From NCBI GenBank assembly GCA_963760795.1, contig CAVXEP010000032.1, forward strand, positions 288,001 through 352,000: DNA of 64,000 bases, written 5' to 3'. Below, piece by piece: positions 22,971-32,481 of this stretch (positions within the stretch are counted from its first letter, which is position 1; each line of letters opens with the position of its first letter). The notes under the pieces are model-generated. The model did no database searches, was not told the DNA's origin, and was given only the letters and a program-made list of their open reading frames with translations. The translations under genes were made by a program, and so were the position numbers. This DNA comes from an uncultured delta proteobacterium. GTDB taxonomy: Bacteria; Desulfobacterota; Binatia; UBA9968.

Positions 22971-23996
22971 ATGATCATCGATTTCCAAGCCCATGTTTTT
23001 CCCGAGGCCTATCTCGCCGAGATGAAGCGTCTCGACGGCGCGGTGATTGTCGAAGCGCCCGATCCGAATAGCGGCATGACCTATTTTTATGACAAGAAAC
23101 TCGCCTGCCGGATCAACACCTGTACGCTGCAAGGGCAGAACATCGAACGCCGCTTACAGCATATGGATCAGCATGGTATCGACATCCATGTGCTGACGAT
23201 CCCGGCGCCGGGGGCGGACCGTTTCGAGGGCAAGGGCGCGGTTCAAATCGCCCGCATCGCCAACGACGCCATCGCCGCCATCGCGCGTCAGCATCCGAAA
23301 CGTTTCATCGGTTTCTTCACCCTGCCGACTTGTAGTATCAAGGCGTCGCTTGACGAGTTGGAAAGATCGGTCAACGAGTTGGGCTTGCGCGGTTTCGCTG
23401 GCTTCGCCAATCTCAACAGCCAGGCTTTGGACCGCGAAGAACTGTTTCCGATCTATGAGCGGCTGGCTAAATATAGACTGCCCGTTTATATCCATCCGAC
23501 CGCGCCGCTAGCGACGGCTTCAAGCGGCATCGACATCATGCCGACTCTGATCTTCGGCTGGGCCTACGATTGCACGGTGGCGATGACCCGGTTGGTTTAT
23601 GGCCGAGTGCTGGAGCGCTTTCCGGATATCAACTGGGTGGTTGCCGATGTCGGCGGCGTCTTGGCGTTCTTTGCCCAGCGGGCGATTAATATTTATACCG
23701 GCCGCACCGAGGAGATTCGCCACAAGTACGGCTTGAAAGAGAACCCGCTCGATTCCTTCCGGCGCTTTTACGTCGACACGGCGGATCATCCGGCGTCGAC
23801 GCTGCGTTGCGTCAAGGATTTCTTCACGCCGGAGCGGATGGTCCTGGGAACCAATTATCCCTATGGCCCGGAAGAGGGCTGCATCCTGCTGCGCAATAGT
23901 CTGCAAGCAATTGACGGCCTCGATCTCGACGCCGCCGACAAGCAAAAGATTCTTGGCGGCAATGCCGCTAAAATTCTTGGATTAGGAGCGCAATGA
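22971..23996 (+). CDS. Amidohydrolase-2 family protein (ACMSD/decarboxylase-like, variant metal site)
   Basis: IDFQAH, PVYIHP, FYVDT, GTNYPY, GGNA motifs. Confidence 0.85.
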   Translation: MIIDFQAHVFPEAYLAEMKRLDGAVIVEAPDPNSGMTYFYDKKLACRINTCTLQGQNIERRLQHMDQHGIDIHVLTIPAPGADRFEGKGAVQIARIANDAIAAIARQHPKRFIGFFTLPTCSIKASLDELERSVNELGLRGFAGFANLNSQALDREELFPIYERLAKYRLPVYIHPTAPLATASSGIDIMPTLIFGWAYDCTVAMTRLVYGRVLERFPDINWVVADVGGVLAFFAQRAINIYTGRTEEIRHKYGLKENPLDSFRRFYVDTADHPASTLRCVKDFFTPERMVLGTNYPYGPEEGCILLRNSLQAIDGLDLDAADKQKILGGNAAKILGLGAQ

Positions 23997-25598
23997 GGTT
24001 TCAAAAAGCGGCCCGGCCGGTGATCATGGGCCAGAACGGCATGGTTTCGTCCGGTCATTATCTGGCGTCCCTCGCCGGCGTCGAGATTCTCAAGGAAGGC
24101 GGCAATGCGGTTGATGCCGCGCTCGCCGCGGCTTTCGTCTCCGCGGTGGTTAAACCCGAAACGAGCGGGCCCGGCGGCGATCTGTTCGCCCTGGTGTCGA
24201 TGAAGAAATCCGGCAAGGTCGAAGCGCTCAACGCCAGCGGCCCGGCGCCGGCCAAGGCGAGCATCGAAGAGTTTCACCGTCTGCGGTTTAAAGAGCATTC
24301 CCCAATACGGGCCGCTCGCCATCGCGGTACCCGGCGCCGTCGATGGCTGGCTCGAACTGCACAAGAAATACGGCACCGTGGATTTGCCGCGCTTGACCGC
24401 CGACGCTGTGCGCATCGGCCGCGAGGGCTTTCCGATTTCTCTGGAATTCTCCGAAGCGGTGCATGAGTTGGCGCCGAACTATCCTTGGGTCGACAAATAT
24501 TATCGCCAGCCCTTCGGCGCGGCCAAGCCGGGTAAGATTCTCGTGCAACCGGGCTTGGCCGGCGTCTTCGAAAAGATCGCGCGCCAGGGCCGCGCCGGCT
24601 TTTATTCCGGTGAGATTGCCGAAAAGATCTGCGCCACGGTCAAAGCCGAAGGCGGGCTGCTCGCCCAAGAAGACTTGCAGCCGGTGGTTTGCCAGTGGCG
24701 GGAGCCGCTGGTGTCCACCTATCGCGATACCACCGTGTATGAGCAGCCGCCGGTGTCCCAAGGCTTCATGGTTTTGGAAATGCTCAACATCGCCGAGGCC
24801 TGGCCGTTTCACGATGGCAGCATGAGCCAGGCGGAGATGGTGCATTTTCAAATCGCCGCGAAGAAGCTGGCTTTTGAGGATCGCATCAAGCATCTCGAAG
24901 ATCCGGCGTTTGGCGATGCCAAGATTATTGCCCAATTGATCTCCAAAGAGCATGCGGCGCAGCGGCGTCTGCTCGTCGACGAAATCCTGCGCCGGCCCGC
25001 GGCGCCGGCGGGTCATCAGAGCAGCGACACGACTTATCTTTGCGCCACCGACCGCGATGGCAACGCGATCTCGTTCATTCAGAGCGTCTTCGCGCCCTTC
25101 GGCTCGCGGGTGATCGCCGGTGACACCGGCGTGATCATGAACAACCGGTTATGCAGTTTCGGTCTCGATCCGAGCAAGGCCAATGCGCTCAAGCCCGGCA
25201 AACGGCCAGCGCACACCCTCAACACATACATGGTGTTTCGCGGCGGCGAAGTTTTCGCCGTGGGCGGTAGCCCCGGCGCCGACGAACAGCCGCAGACCAA
25301 CTTTCAGATCATTCACGACTTGGTCGACCTCGACATGGACCCGCAGTCCGCCGTCGAAGCGCCGCGCTGGAGCCACATGCCCGGCACGCCGCCGCGCGAT
25401 CAGCTGCCCGAGGCCTTGCGCATGGAAGACGGCTATCCGAGCGCGACACTCGATGCTTTACGCGCCAAGGGTCACATAGTCACAGTGGTCGACCGTTGGT
25501 CCTTCGGTAGCGCCAAGGTGATCGTCCGCGACCGTGACAATGGTTCGTGGTTGGGCGGCGCCGATCCGCGCCGCGTCGCGTACGCGCTGGGTTGGTGA
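23993..25598 (+). CDS. Gamma-glutamyltransferase family protein (frameshift near 24290)
   Basis: GGNAVDAA, VPGAVDGW, nucleophile in DTTYL, PGKRPAHT, GGADPRR. Confidence 0.9.
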
Positions 25599-25749
25599 GC
25601 ACCAGCCCGATTCCTTTCCAAACAATTTCAGATCGCGAGGATAATCCGATACGCGGCAGAGTTAACTTTGGGGCCGCCTTGGCACTAAGTTTAGTCGTTG
25701 GATCGTTTGTTTCACGCGCTGCAGCCGCCGCCGAGGCGGGAATTTTCTC

Positions 25750-26078
25750 ATCACCGAACGACCCTCAAGGCGGGCCACGCCGGACTGAAAGAGTTGGGCA
25801 ATATCACGGAGAAGAACGTGCCGATGATCCACGCGGCGAAACAAGTAATCGCCAAGTACACCAAGACCGACGACAAGCAGGATTTGGACGATTTCTACAA
25901 GACCAACTTCACCGCCTGGGAACGCGCGCCTTATGTATCGCTGCCGGCGGTGCAAACCATGCTCGACTTCGCCAATCATCCGGCGGGCAAGAGCGCGAAG
26001 TCCGAGCAGTTCGTCGACAATTCGGTGATCGCCGAGCTGGAAAAGTCCGGCTTCATTGATCGACTCTACAAACAATAG
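25750..26078 (+). pseudogene. C-terminal remnant of an NMT1/SsuA-like ABC substrate-binding protein
   Basis: AKQVIAKYTK...PYVS...FVDNSVIAELEKSGFIDRLYK resembles such C-termini; no N-terminal domain or convincing start. Confidence 0.6.
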
Positions 26079-26174
26079 CTGCTATCTGGTTGGGTAATTG
26101 TCGGGGTACGGTCGACCGCTGCACCAGTGTCGCTGTGCCAGTGATTGAATAGCTGGGCAAGGGCCATTGGCCGG

Positions 26175-26190
26175 TGGCGAGAATTTTGCT
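26175..26190 (+). promoter_or_regulatory. Sigma-54 (-24/-12) promoter
   Basis: TGGCGAGAATTTTGCT has the exact GG-N10-GC spacing, 38 bp before the ORF at 26229. Confidence 0.7.
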
Positions 26191-26228
26191 ATCTAAATTT
26201 GGGGCTCGTAGTGGAGTTTTATTAGCTT

Positions 26229-26720
26229 ATGTTTGAGGGATGGTCTTATTCCCAAGTCCTGCGCATCATCGGACAATCTCTGGAAGAACGCGATGTGCAG
26301 GATTTTTGGCTGGTATGGCAGGAGGGCGAATTCGTCCTGCACTGCAAACGGGTCGCGCGGTTGGAGCAACGTTGGCTCGACAAACTCCGCGGTCAAAAGG
26401 TTGGCCGCACCGAGCGCAGCTTTGAACTTCACTACCCGCTGAAGAGTCTTGTTTGGCTCCAGATCCGCGGCGAGACGATGCGCAGAGACCCTAATCAGAT
26501 TCCCGATTACTTTCGCTTGTCGCAAACCCTGCGTACCGTGGGATGCTACCTTGAGAACCGTTCCATGGCGATCGTGTCGCTGCGGCGAGGCGGAGGGATT
26601 TTGTATCTGGAGTTCATGGATCGCAGCGGCAAGACACGTATCGAAGAACATACCATGGGCTCCTTTGAACATTATTTTCTGCGTACCTATCTGCGCCAGC
26701 GCAAAGAGCGTCAGGCTTGA
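26229..26720 (+). CDS. Hypothetical protein with internal duplication
   Basis: YSQVLRIIGQSLE versus LSQTLRTVGCYLE; RBS-like GGAG upstream. Confidence 0.72.
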   Translation: MFEGWSYSQVLRIIGQSLEERDVQDFWLVWQEGEFVLHCKRVARLEQRWLDKLRGQKVGRTERSFELHYPLKSLVWLQIRGETMRRDPNQIPDYFRLSQTLRTVGCYLENRSMAIVSLRRGGGILYLEFMDRSGKTRIEEHTMGSFEHYFLRTYLRQRKERQA

Positions 26721-26744
26721 AGCGCTGCGGCGCGGGAAGATGAG

Positions 26745-27587
26745 ATGGAACAAGTAGGCATGATCGGTACTGGCGCCATGGGTTTGGCGCTGTTGGAGCG
26801 GCTCAATTTGGCCGGTGTCGGCGACGTGGTCTGCTACGATGCCCATGCGCCGGCGCTGGAGGATGCGCGCAAGCTCGGCTTTACCGCAGTTGCCAGTGTT
26901 GCGGAAGTTGCCCAGCGCGCCACCCTCATCGACGTGGTTGTGCGTACGGATCAGGATATCCTCGATTGCATGATCGGTCCGGCCGCGGTTATCGAATCGG
27001 CGGCGTCCGGGACTTTGGTGCTGCTCCACAGTTCGATTTTGCCGCAGACGGTCAAGACCGTCGAAGCCGCGGCGCGCGCCAAAGACATTCACGTCGTCGA
27101 CGCCTGCATGACCGGTGTGCCGGACACTGTGCGCGCCGGAAAACTTAGTTTCGTCGTCGGCGGCGCGGATGACTTAGTCGAGCGCGCCAAGCCCCATCTG
27201 CTCAAGATGAGCCAGGAAGTGTTTCATATGGGGCCGGTGGGCACGGGAGCCGTGGGCAAGTTGATCAAGAATATGCTCGGCGGCGCCGAGGTGCTAATCG
27301 TCGATGAAGCGATTCGCATTGGCATCGCCGGCGGCATTCCTTATCCCAAAGCTTTGGAAATGATGCGGCGCATCGGCCATGACAGCGTGCTCAATCGGTG
27401 GCAGCGCACCTTTGATCCTTCGGGCAATGATCCGCTGCCCCGGTCCGGGCGCAATGTCTTGAACAAAGATATTCCGCTAGTAGCTGAACTGGCACGGCTG
27501 CTCAATACCGACACGCCGATCACCCAACAGTTAGCCGCCGCGGCCGATCGCGTCGTTAGCGCCAACGAAAAAAGAAACAAGGGTTGA
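26745..27587 (+). CDS. Beta-hydroxyacid dehydrogenase (3-hydroxyisobutyrate dehydrogenase family)
   Basis: IGTGAMG Rossmann motif, GPVGTGAVGKLIKN, KDI. Confidence 0.85.
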   Translation: MEQVGMIGTGAMGLALLERLNLAGVGDVVCYDAHAPALEDARKLGFTAVASVAEVAQRATLIDVVVRTDQDILDCMIGPAAVIESAASGTLVLLHSSILPQTVKTVEAAARAKDIHVVDACMTGVPDTVRAGKLSFVVGGADDLVERAKPHLLKMSQEVFHMGPVGTGAVGKLIKNMLGGAEVLIVDEAIRIGIAGGIPYPKALEMMRRIGHDSVLNRWQRTFDPSGNDPLPRSGRNVLNKDIPLVAELARLLNTDTPITQQLAAAADRVVSANEKRNKG

Positions 27588-27610
27588 GCCAAACTATAAC
27601 CGACACTCGA

Positions 27611-27753
27611 AATATCTCCCGCAAACGCGAAAAGGTGATGGGTCGATGGCGTCAGCAGAGCGAACCCGAGGGAGCCATAAAGAATTTCTCCCTGCGGCCG
27701 AAATGACAACGATTCCCAAGGTGACGCCTTTGCGCCCTGGCGGGAGGAATATT
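27611..27753. repeat. Nested palindromic element: outer imperfect inverted repeat enclosing a GTCATTTCG-type REP-like unit
   Basis: AATATCTCCCGCAAACGCGAAAAGG versus CCTTTGCGCCCTGGCGGGAGGAATATT; inner AGAATTTCTCCCTGCGGCCGAAATGACA. Confidence 0.6.
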
Positions 27754-27803
27754 CATCCGTAAACCCTGTCGATCATCGTAATAAAGAGAGGAATAATTTT
27801 ATC

Positions 27804-28859
27804 GTGAAATGCAGCCTGTTTACGGAAATCCAATGTCCCGAAGGTTCATCGCCACTGCAACGCTTGGCCGAGTTCATGGAGCAGGCTGAACTGGCCGACC
27901 GCCTTGGGTATGACACTTACTGGGTCGCCGAGATCCATTGTCAGCCGAAGTTTTCCTTGATGTCGGCGCCTTACGTCGCGCTGGGCGCCGTGGCGCAACG
28001 GACCAAAAGACTGCGCCTCGGCGTCGCCGTCAACACTTTGCCGGTGCATCATCCCGTGCAGCTGGCGGAACAGTCGGCGATGTTGGATCTGGTCAGCGGC
28101 GGGCGCATGGAGTTCGCCTGTGGCGGCGGTCATCCGCATAGCCGGGCTTACGAGTGTTTCGGCGCCGATCACAATTCGACCCATGAGGTCATGGCCGAGG
28201 CGATGGTAGTGATCCGCAAGGCTTGGTCCGACGAAAAATTGGTTCACAACGGCAGGTTTTTTCAAATCCCCGAAGTGATTGTCAATCCCAAGCCGGTGCA
28301 AAAGCCGCTGCCGCCGTTTTGGATGGCGACCAGCTCTCTCGACGGCGTCGAAGTCGGCGCGCGGCTGGGGGTGAATATTTTTCTGCCGATCCATACGCGC
28401 ATGCCCGATCAAGTTTACGAGTTCGCCGACGCCTATTGGGCGGGATTAAAAAAGCATGGCCATGACCGCAAAAGCCGGTCGCTCGGCTTGCTGGTGCCCA
28501 TGCATATCGCCAAGACCACCGGCGAAGCCAAAGCGCGCGCTGAAGGCGGCGTGATGAGCTATTTCAAGACCATTCTCGACCTGCGGTTGGATTACACCGA
28601 TTGGCTCAATCGACGCGGCGTCGAGCTGCCGGCGCGCTCTGCGCACGGCGGCGGGCGCAATGGTTGGCTACGACACGGTCTGCGAAAAACACGCGGTCAT
28701 CGGCGATGCTCCAGTTCGCCGTGGAGAAACTGAAGTCCTTATGCGAGCGAACCGGCGCGACGCAGCTCCTCGGTTGGTTCAACATCGGCACCATGCCGCA
28801 ACACCGATGTCAAGGACGCTATGCAGCGCTTTGCCGACGAGGTGATGCCGAATTTTTGA
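27804..28859 (+). CDS. LLM-class flavin-dependent oxidoreductase (frameshifts in the 3' part)
   Basis: WVAEIH, RLGVAV, LDLVSGGR, PKPVQKP, MQRFADEVMP. Confidence 0.88.
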
Positions 28860-28885
28860 GTTCACGATTAAAGATGACTAAGAGG

Positions 28886-28951
28886 TTTCACCACGAAGGA
28901 CACGAAGATTCGGACAGAATTATTCCGACCTTCATGCTCTTTGTGGTGAAA
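28886..28951. repeat. Inverted-repeat element with 9-mer CACGAAGGA units
   Basis: TTTCACCACGAAGGACACGAAG...TCGGA...TCCGA...CTTCATGCTCTTTGTGGTGAAA; related copy at 59985-60068. Confidence 0.75.
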
Positions 28952-28976
28952 AGGAATTTCTTAAAAGGAGCCTGAC

Positions 28977-29324
28977 ATGGAAGAGCTGACTGAACAGAAA
29001 TGCGTCGCGTGCCGGGTTGGCGCGCCGTCGGTGACCGAGGATGAAATCAAAGAGCTGCATCCCAAAGTTCCCGACTGGCAGATTATCAGCGAAGACAGCA
29101 TTCCCAAACTCGACCGCCTGTACAAGTTCAAAAACTTCAAAGATGCCATCGCTTTCACCGATGCCGTCGGCGCCGCCGCCGAAGAGGAAGGGCACCATCC
29201 GCGTCTCACCACCGAGTGGGGCAAAGTCGCCGTCACCTGGTGGACGCACAAAATCAAGAACCTGCATCATAACGATTTCATCATGGCGGCGAAGACCGAT
29301 GCGATCTACAAAAACTTCGCCTAG
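28977..29324 (+). CDS. phhB: Pterin-4-alpha-carbinolamine dehydratase
   Basis: FKNF, AEEEGHHP, WWTH, NDFIMAAK motifs. Confidence 0.93.
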   Translation: MEELTEQKCVACRVGAPSVTEDEIKELHPKVPDWQIISEDSIPKLDRLYKFKNFKDAIAFTDAVGAAAEEEGHHPRLTTEWGKVAVTWWTHKIKNLHHNDFIMAAKTDAIYKNFA

Positions 29325-29362
29325 GACGAGCCGGCGCGTTGGAGTAGTGGAGTGATGAAGTA

Positions 29363-30403
29363 ATGGGTGAGCGGATATTGATGAAAAGCTTTCTGTTGTT
29401 AGCCTGTGTATCGGTTTGTCTCGCAGAAGTCAGTTACGCCGCAACCAGCGACGACGGATTTTACCGGGGGAAGACTATCCGATTGATCGTCGCTTTCTCC
29501 GCGGGCGGCGGTTATGACACTTATTCGCGCACCATCGCGCGCCATATTGGCAAATATATTCCCGGCAATCCGACTGTGGTCGTCGATAATATGACCGGCG
29601 CCGGTGGGTTTATTCACGCCAACTACATGTTCAAACAGGCCAAGCCGGATGGGCTGACCATCGGCAACAACTCCGGCGGTTTGTTTTTGCAGCAGGTGAT
29701 GGGCGCCAAGGGCATCGAGTTCGACGGCAAGAAATTCGAATATCTCGGCGCGCCGGCGGTGGATCACTTAGTCTGTGCCATTGCCAAAGCCAGCGGCGTC
29801 ACATCGGTGGACCGGTGGTTCGCAGCCAAGGAGCCGGTGCGTTTCGGCGGCGTCGGTCCCGGCGGATTCGCGTCCGACTTACCACGTGTGTTGCAGGCGG
29901 CACTTGGCCTGCCGATTCGCGTGATCGACGGTTATAAAGGAACTTCGGATATTCGCCTGGCGACCGAGAGCGGCGAGCTGGCCGGCAGTTGCCTGTCCTG
30001 GGATTCCTACAAAACCACCTGGCGCAAACAGATCGAGTCCGGCGAAGTCAATCCGATCATTCAAGTCATGCCGAAGAAGCATCCGGAGCTGGCCGCCGTC
30101 GCTTCAGCGATGGACTACGCGAAAACCGATGAAGCAAAAAAGCTGATCAAACATGGCGCCTACGATCTCGCCTATTCGGCGCGGCCATATTTCCTGGCGC
30201 CCGGGACGCCAAAAGGGCGGGTGGAGATATTGCGAAAAGCGTTTGCCGATGTGCTCAAGGATGCCGACTTGCTCGCCGAAGCGAAGAAGGCGAACTTCGT
30301 CGTCGAGTATGTTACCGGCGAGGAGTTAGAAGGAATCGTTCACGGTCTCTACAAGATCGATACGGCCTTCGCGGCGAAGATGAAGCAGATTCTCGTGCCG
30401 TAG
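29363..30403 (+). CDS. Tripartite tricarboxylate transporter substrate-binding protein (Bug/TctC family)
   Basis: Signal peptide, FSAGGGYD, NMTGAGG, KPDGLT, GYKG motifs. Confidence 0.88.
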   Translation: MGERILMKSFLLLACVSVCLAEVSYAATSDDGFYRGKTIRLIVAFSAGGGYDTYSRTIARHIGKYIPGNPTVVVDNMTGAGGFIHANYMFKQAKPDGLTIGNNSGGLFLQQVMGAKGIEFDGKKFEYLGAPAVDHLVCAIAKASGVTSVDRWFAAKEPVRFGGVGPGGFASDLPRVLQAALGLPIRVIDGYKGTSDIRLATESGELAGSCLSWDSYKTTWRKQIESGEVNPIIQVMPKKHPELAAVASAMDYAKTDEAKKLIKHGAYDLAYSARPYFLAPGTPKGRVEILRKAFADVLKDADLLAEAKKANFVVEYVTGEELEGIVHGLYKIDTAFAAKMKQILVP

Positions 30404-30454
30404 GGACGGTAAGAATCGTTCAAAAGTTCAAAGGTTCAATGCGTCGGGGCCGGC

Positions 30455-31474
30455 ATGATTACGAAACTACTATTGCTGATACTTGTTGCGGGTACGGTTA
30501 ATAGCGCGAGTGGCGCGTTGGGGCAGGATCAGTTTTACCGCGGCAAACTACTGCGCATCATCGTCGGCTTTCCGCCCGGCGGCGGCTACGATACCTATGC
30601 GCGGCTTTTGGCGCGTCATTTGGGCAAGCATATTCCAGGCAACCCAACCATCGCCGTCGACAATATGAGCGGCGCGGGCAGCATGATATCGGCCAATCAC
30701 ATGTACAAAGTCGCCAAACCGGACGGCTTGACGGTTGGCCATTTCATCGGCGGGTTGTTTTTGCAGCAGCTACTTGGCAAACCGGGCATCGAGTTCGACG
30801 CGCGCAATTTCGAGTATGTCGGCGCCCCGGCGCAGGACGTATTTATCATCGGTGTTTCGAAAGCTTCCGGTATCACGAGCATGCAGCAATGGCAGGCTGC
30901 TAAGACCGCGGTAAAGTTTGGCGGCGCTGGGTTCGGCGCCGGCACCGACGACATCCCCGCCATGGTGCGCGAGGTATTTGGCGTGCCGATTCAAATCGTC
31001 GCCGGCTACAAAGGCACGGCGGATATCCGCTTGGCGTTTAATAATGGCGAGATTCACGGCATCGGTAACTCCTGGCAATCGACGCGCTCGACCTGGCGCA
31101 ACGAGATGGACTCGGGACAATTAAATATCCTGCTCCACGTCGCCTTCAAGTCACACCCGGAGCTGACCAAATATCCGCTGGCAGGCGACTTGGTGAAAAA
31201 CGAAGAGGCGAGGAAGCTGATGCAAGCAGTGACGTTCGCCCATGGCGCCTCTGTGCGCCCCTTTGTCTTGCCGCCCAACACGCCAAAAGAACGCGTCCAG
31301 CTTCTGCGCAAAGCTTTCATGGACACCCTCGCCGACGGCGATTTCGTCGCCGAGGCGAAGAAGGGCAATATCGAAATCAATCCGGTTAATGGCGAAGATC
31401 TGGCCAAGAGCGTGCTGGCTGTGTTGCAGTTAGAGCCGGGATTGGTGGGGCGGTTGAAGGATATCCTGAAATAA
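30455..31474 (+). CDS. Tripartite tricarboxylate transporter substrate-binding protein (Bug/TctC family), tandem paralogue
   Basis: FPPGGGYD, NMSGAGS, KPDGLT, GYKG; clearly similar to the upstream gene. Confidence 0.88.
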   Translation: MITKLLLLILVAGTVNSASGALGQDQFYRGKLLRIIVGFPPGGGYDTYARLLARHLGKHIPGNPTIAVDNMSGAGSMISANHMYKVAKPDGLTVGHFIGGLFLQQLLGKPGIEFDARNFEYVGAPAQDVFIIGVSKASGITSMQQWQAAKTAVKFGGAGFGAGTDDIPAMVREVFGVPIQIVAGYKGTADIRLAFNNGEIHGIGNSWQSTRSTWRNEMDSGQLNILLHVAFKSHPELTKYPLAGDLVKNEEARKLMQAVTFAHGASVRPFVLPPNTPKERVQLLRKAFMDTLADGDFVAEAKKGNIEINPVNGEDLAKSVLAVLQLEPGLVGRLKDILK

Positions 31475-31567
31475 TTCTATCGCGACGGTTATAATTAAGT
31501 TTACATACCCTCACCCTGTTCCCCTCATGCAAGAGACTACGCCGTAACGCGAAAATCTCCTATTCCT

Positions 31568-31592
31568 TTCATCCCGAGCACAGCGAGGGACC
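31568..31592. repeat. REP-like palindromic unit (TCATCCCGAGC type)
   Basis: TTCATCCCGAGCACAGCGAGGGACC short imperfect hairpin. Confidence 0.45.
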
Positions 31593-31615
31593 GGGCAAGG
31601 GTTCTAAGGGTCGCG

Positions 31616-31777
31616 TTATTTCCCGGCCTGCCGGTATTGCCGCATCACTGGGTCCAGCACGACAGCGGCATTCATCTCCTCTTTCTCCGCCGGATTCTTC
31701 TTGTACTCACCCGTCTTGTTCGTCGGCGGTAGTCGGCGGTAGATGATACGACCGATCTGTTTTGATGATTTCGTCAT
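31616..31777 (-). pseudogene. 53-aa ORF carrying a diverged copy of the CcmH/CcmI C-terminus
   Basis: TGEYKKNPAEKEEMNAAVVLDPVM versus TGEYKKNPAEVGVKNADIVIDQLM at 36630-36707. Confidence 0.65.
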
Positions 31778-31850
31778 GCCGCCTCTTCGACAAATCGCGA
31801 AAGCTGGTATACTTAATTGCACAGCTGGGAGTCCCGAAAAGAGAGGATAA

Positions 31851-32123
31851 ATGTTCAATCTTGCGGTTAAAATAGTATTAGCGTTGGCTCTTTGTGGTGT
31901 CTTGCCGGCTTGCGCACAATTTAAAGAAGCTGGTCGAACGGTTGGCCACACGACCCGCGATGTCACCAAAGAAATCGGTCATGGAGCGCGGGATATTACC
32001 CGGGAGATCGGCCATGATACCCGGGATGCCACTCGCGCAATTGGTGAGGGCGCTCGTGATGCGACTAACGCCACGGCTGAGGAAGTAAAAAAGGTGGTGA
32101 AACCGGCGCCGCCGGAATATTGA
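31851..32123 (+). CDS. Small lipoprotein with four 11-aa repeats
   Basis: Signal peptide ending VLPA-C; GHTTRDVTKEI/GHGARDITREI/GHDTRDATRAI/GEGARDATNAT; RBS GAGG. Confidence 0.85.
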   Translation: MFNLAVKIVLALALCGVLPACAQFKEAGRTVGHTTRDVTKEIGHGARDITREIGHDTRDATRAIGEGARDATNATAEEVKKVVKPAPPEY

Positions 32124-32481
32124 GCGTACTTTTATGCAAGGCAGACGGAAGGTTTTGCGGAAAGTCATGAGGATCAAGTTTTGCCTTGTGGCTCACCGTC
32201 CAATGAAAATAGCGCGGTGAACCAACGACCGCATCCGTTTCGCTAGTTGCGACTACCTGCGATGATTTGGGCCTGGTCTTAGTTTATTGGTTTTTCTTCC
32301 CCACGGTATGAATCTAACCGTACAACCTGCTTAGCCGATTTGGTTTCCGCTAACGGCGATTGCGCTGGTACATTAAACGAAGTCACTTCGCGCGCGTGGC
32401 CTTTAACCCCGCCGCCTATTAAAAACATCTGAGAACTCACCGTAGATCCGGTGAACACGATGACTCGAACAATTCGCTGAC

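Noticed and set aside
31930-32080. 33-bp periodic repeats as a CRISPR array
   Set aside because: The units are contiguous, degenerate at codon third positions, lack spacers and encode a protein repeat; no cas genes are present.
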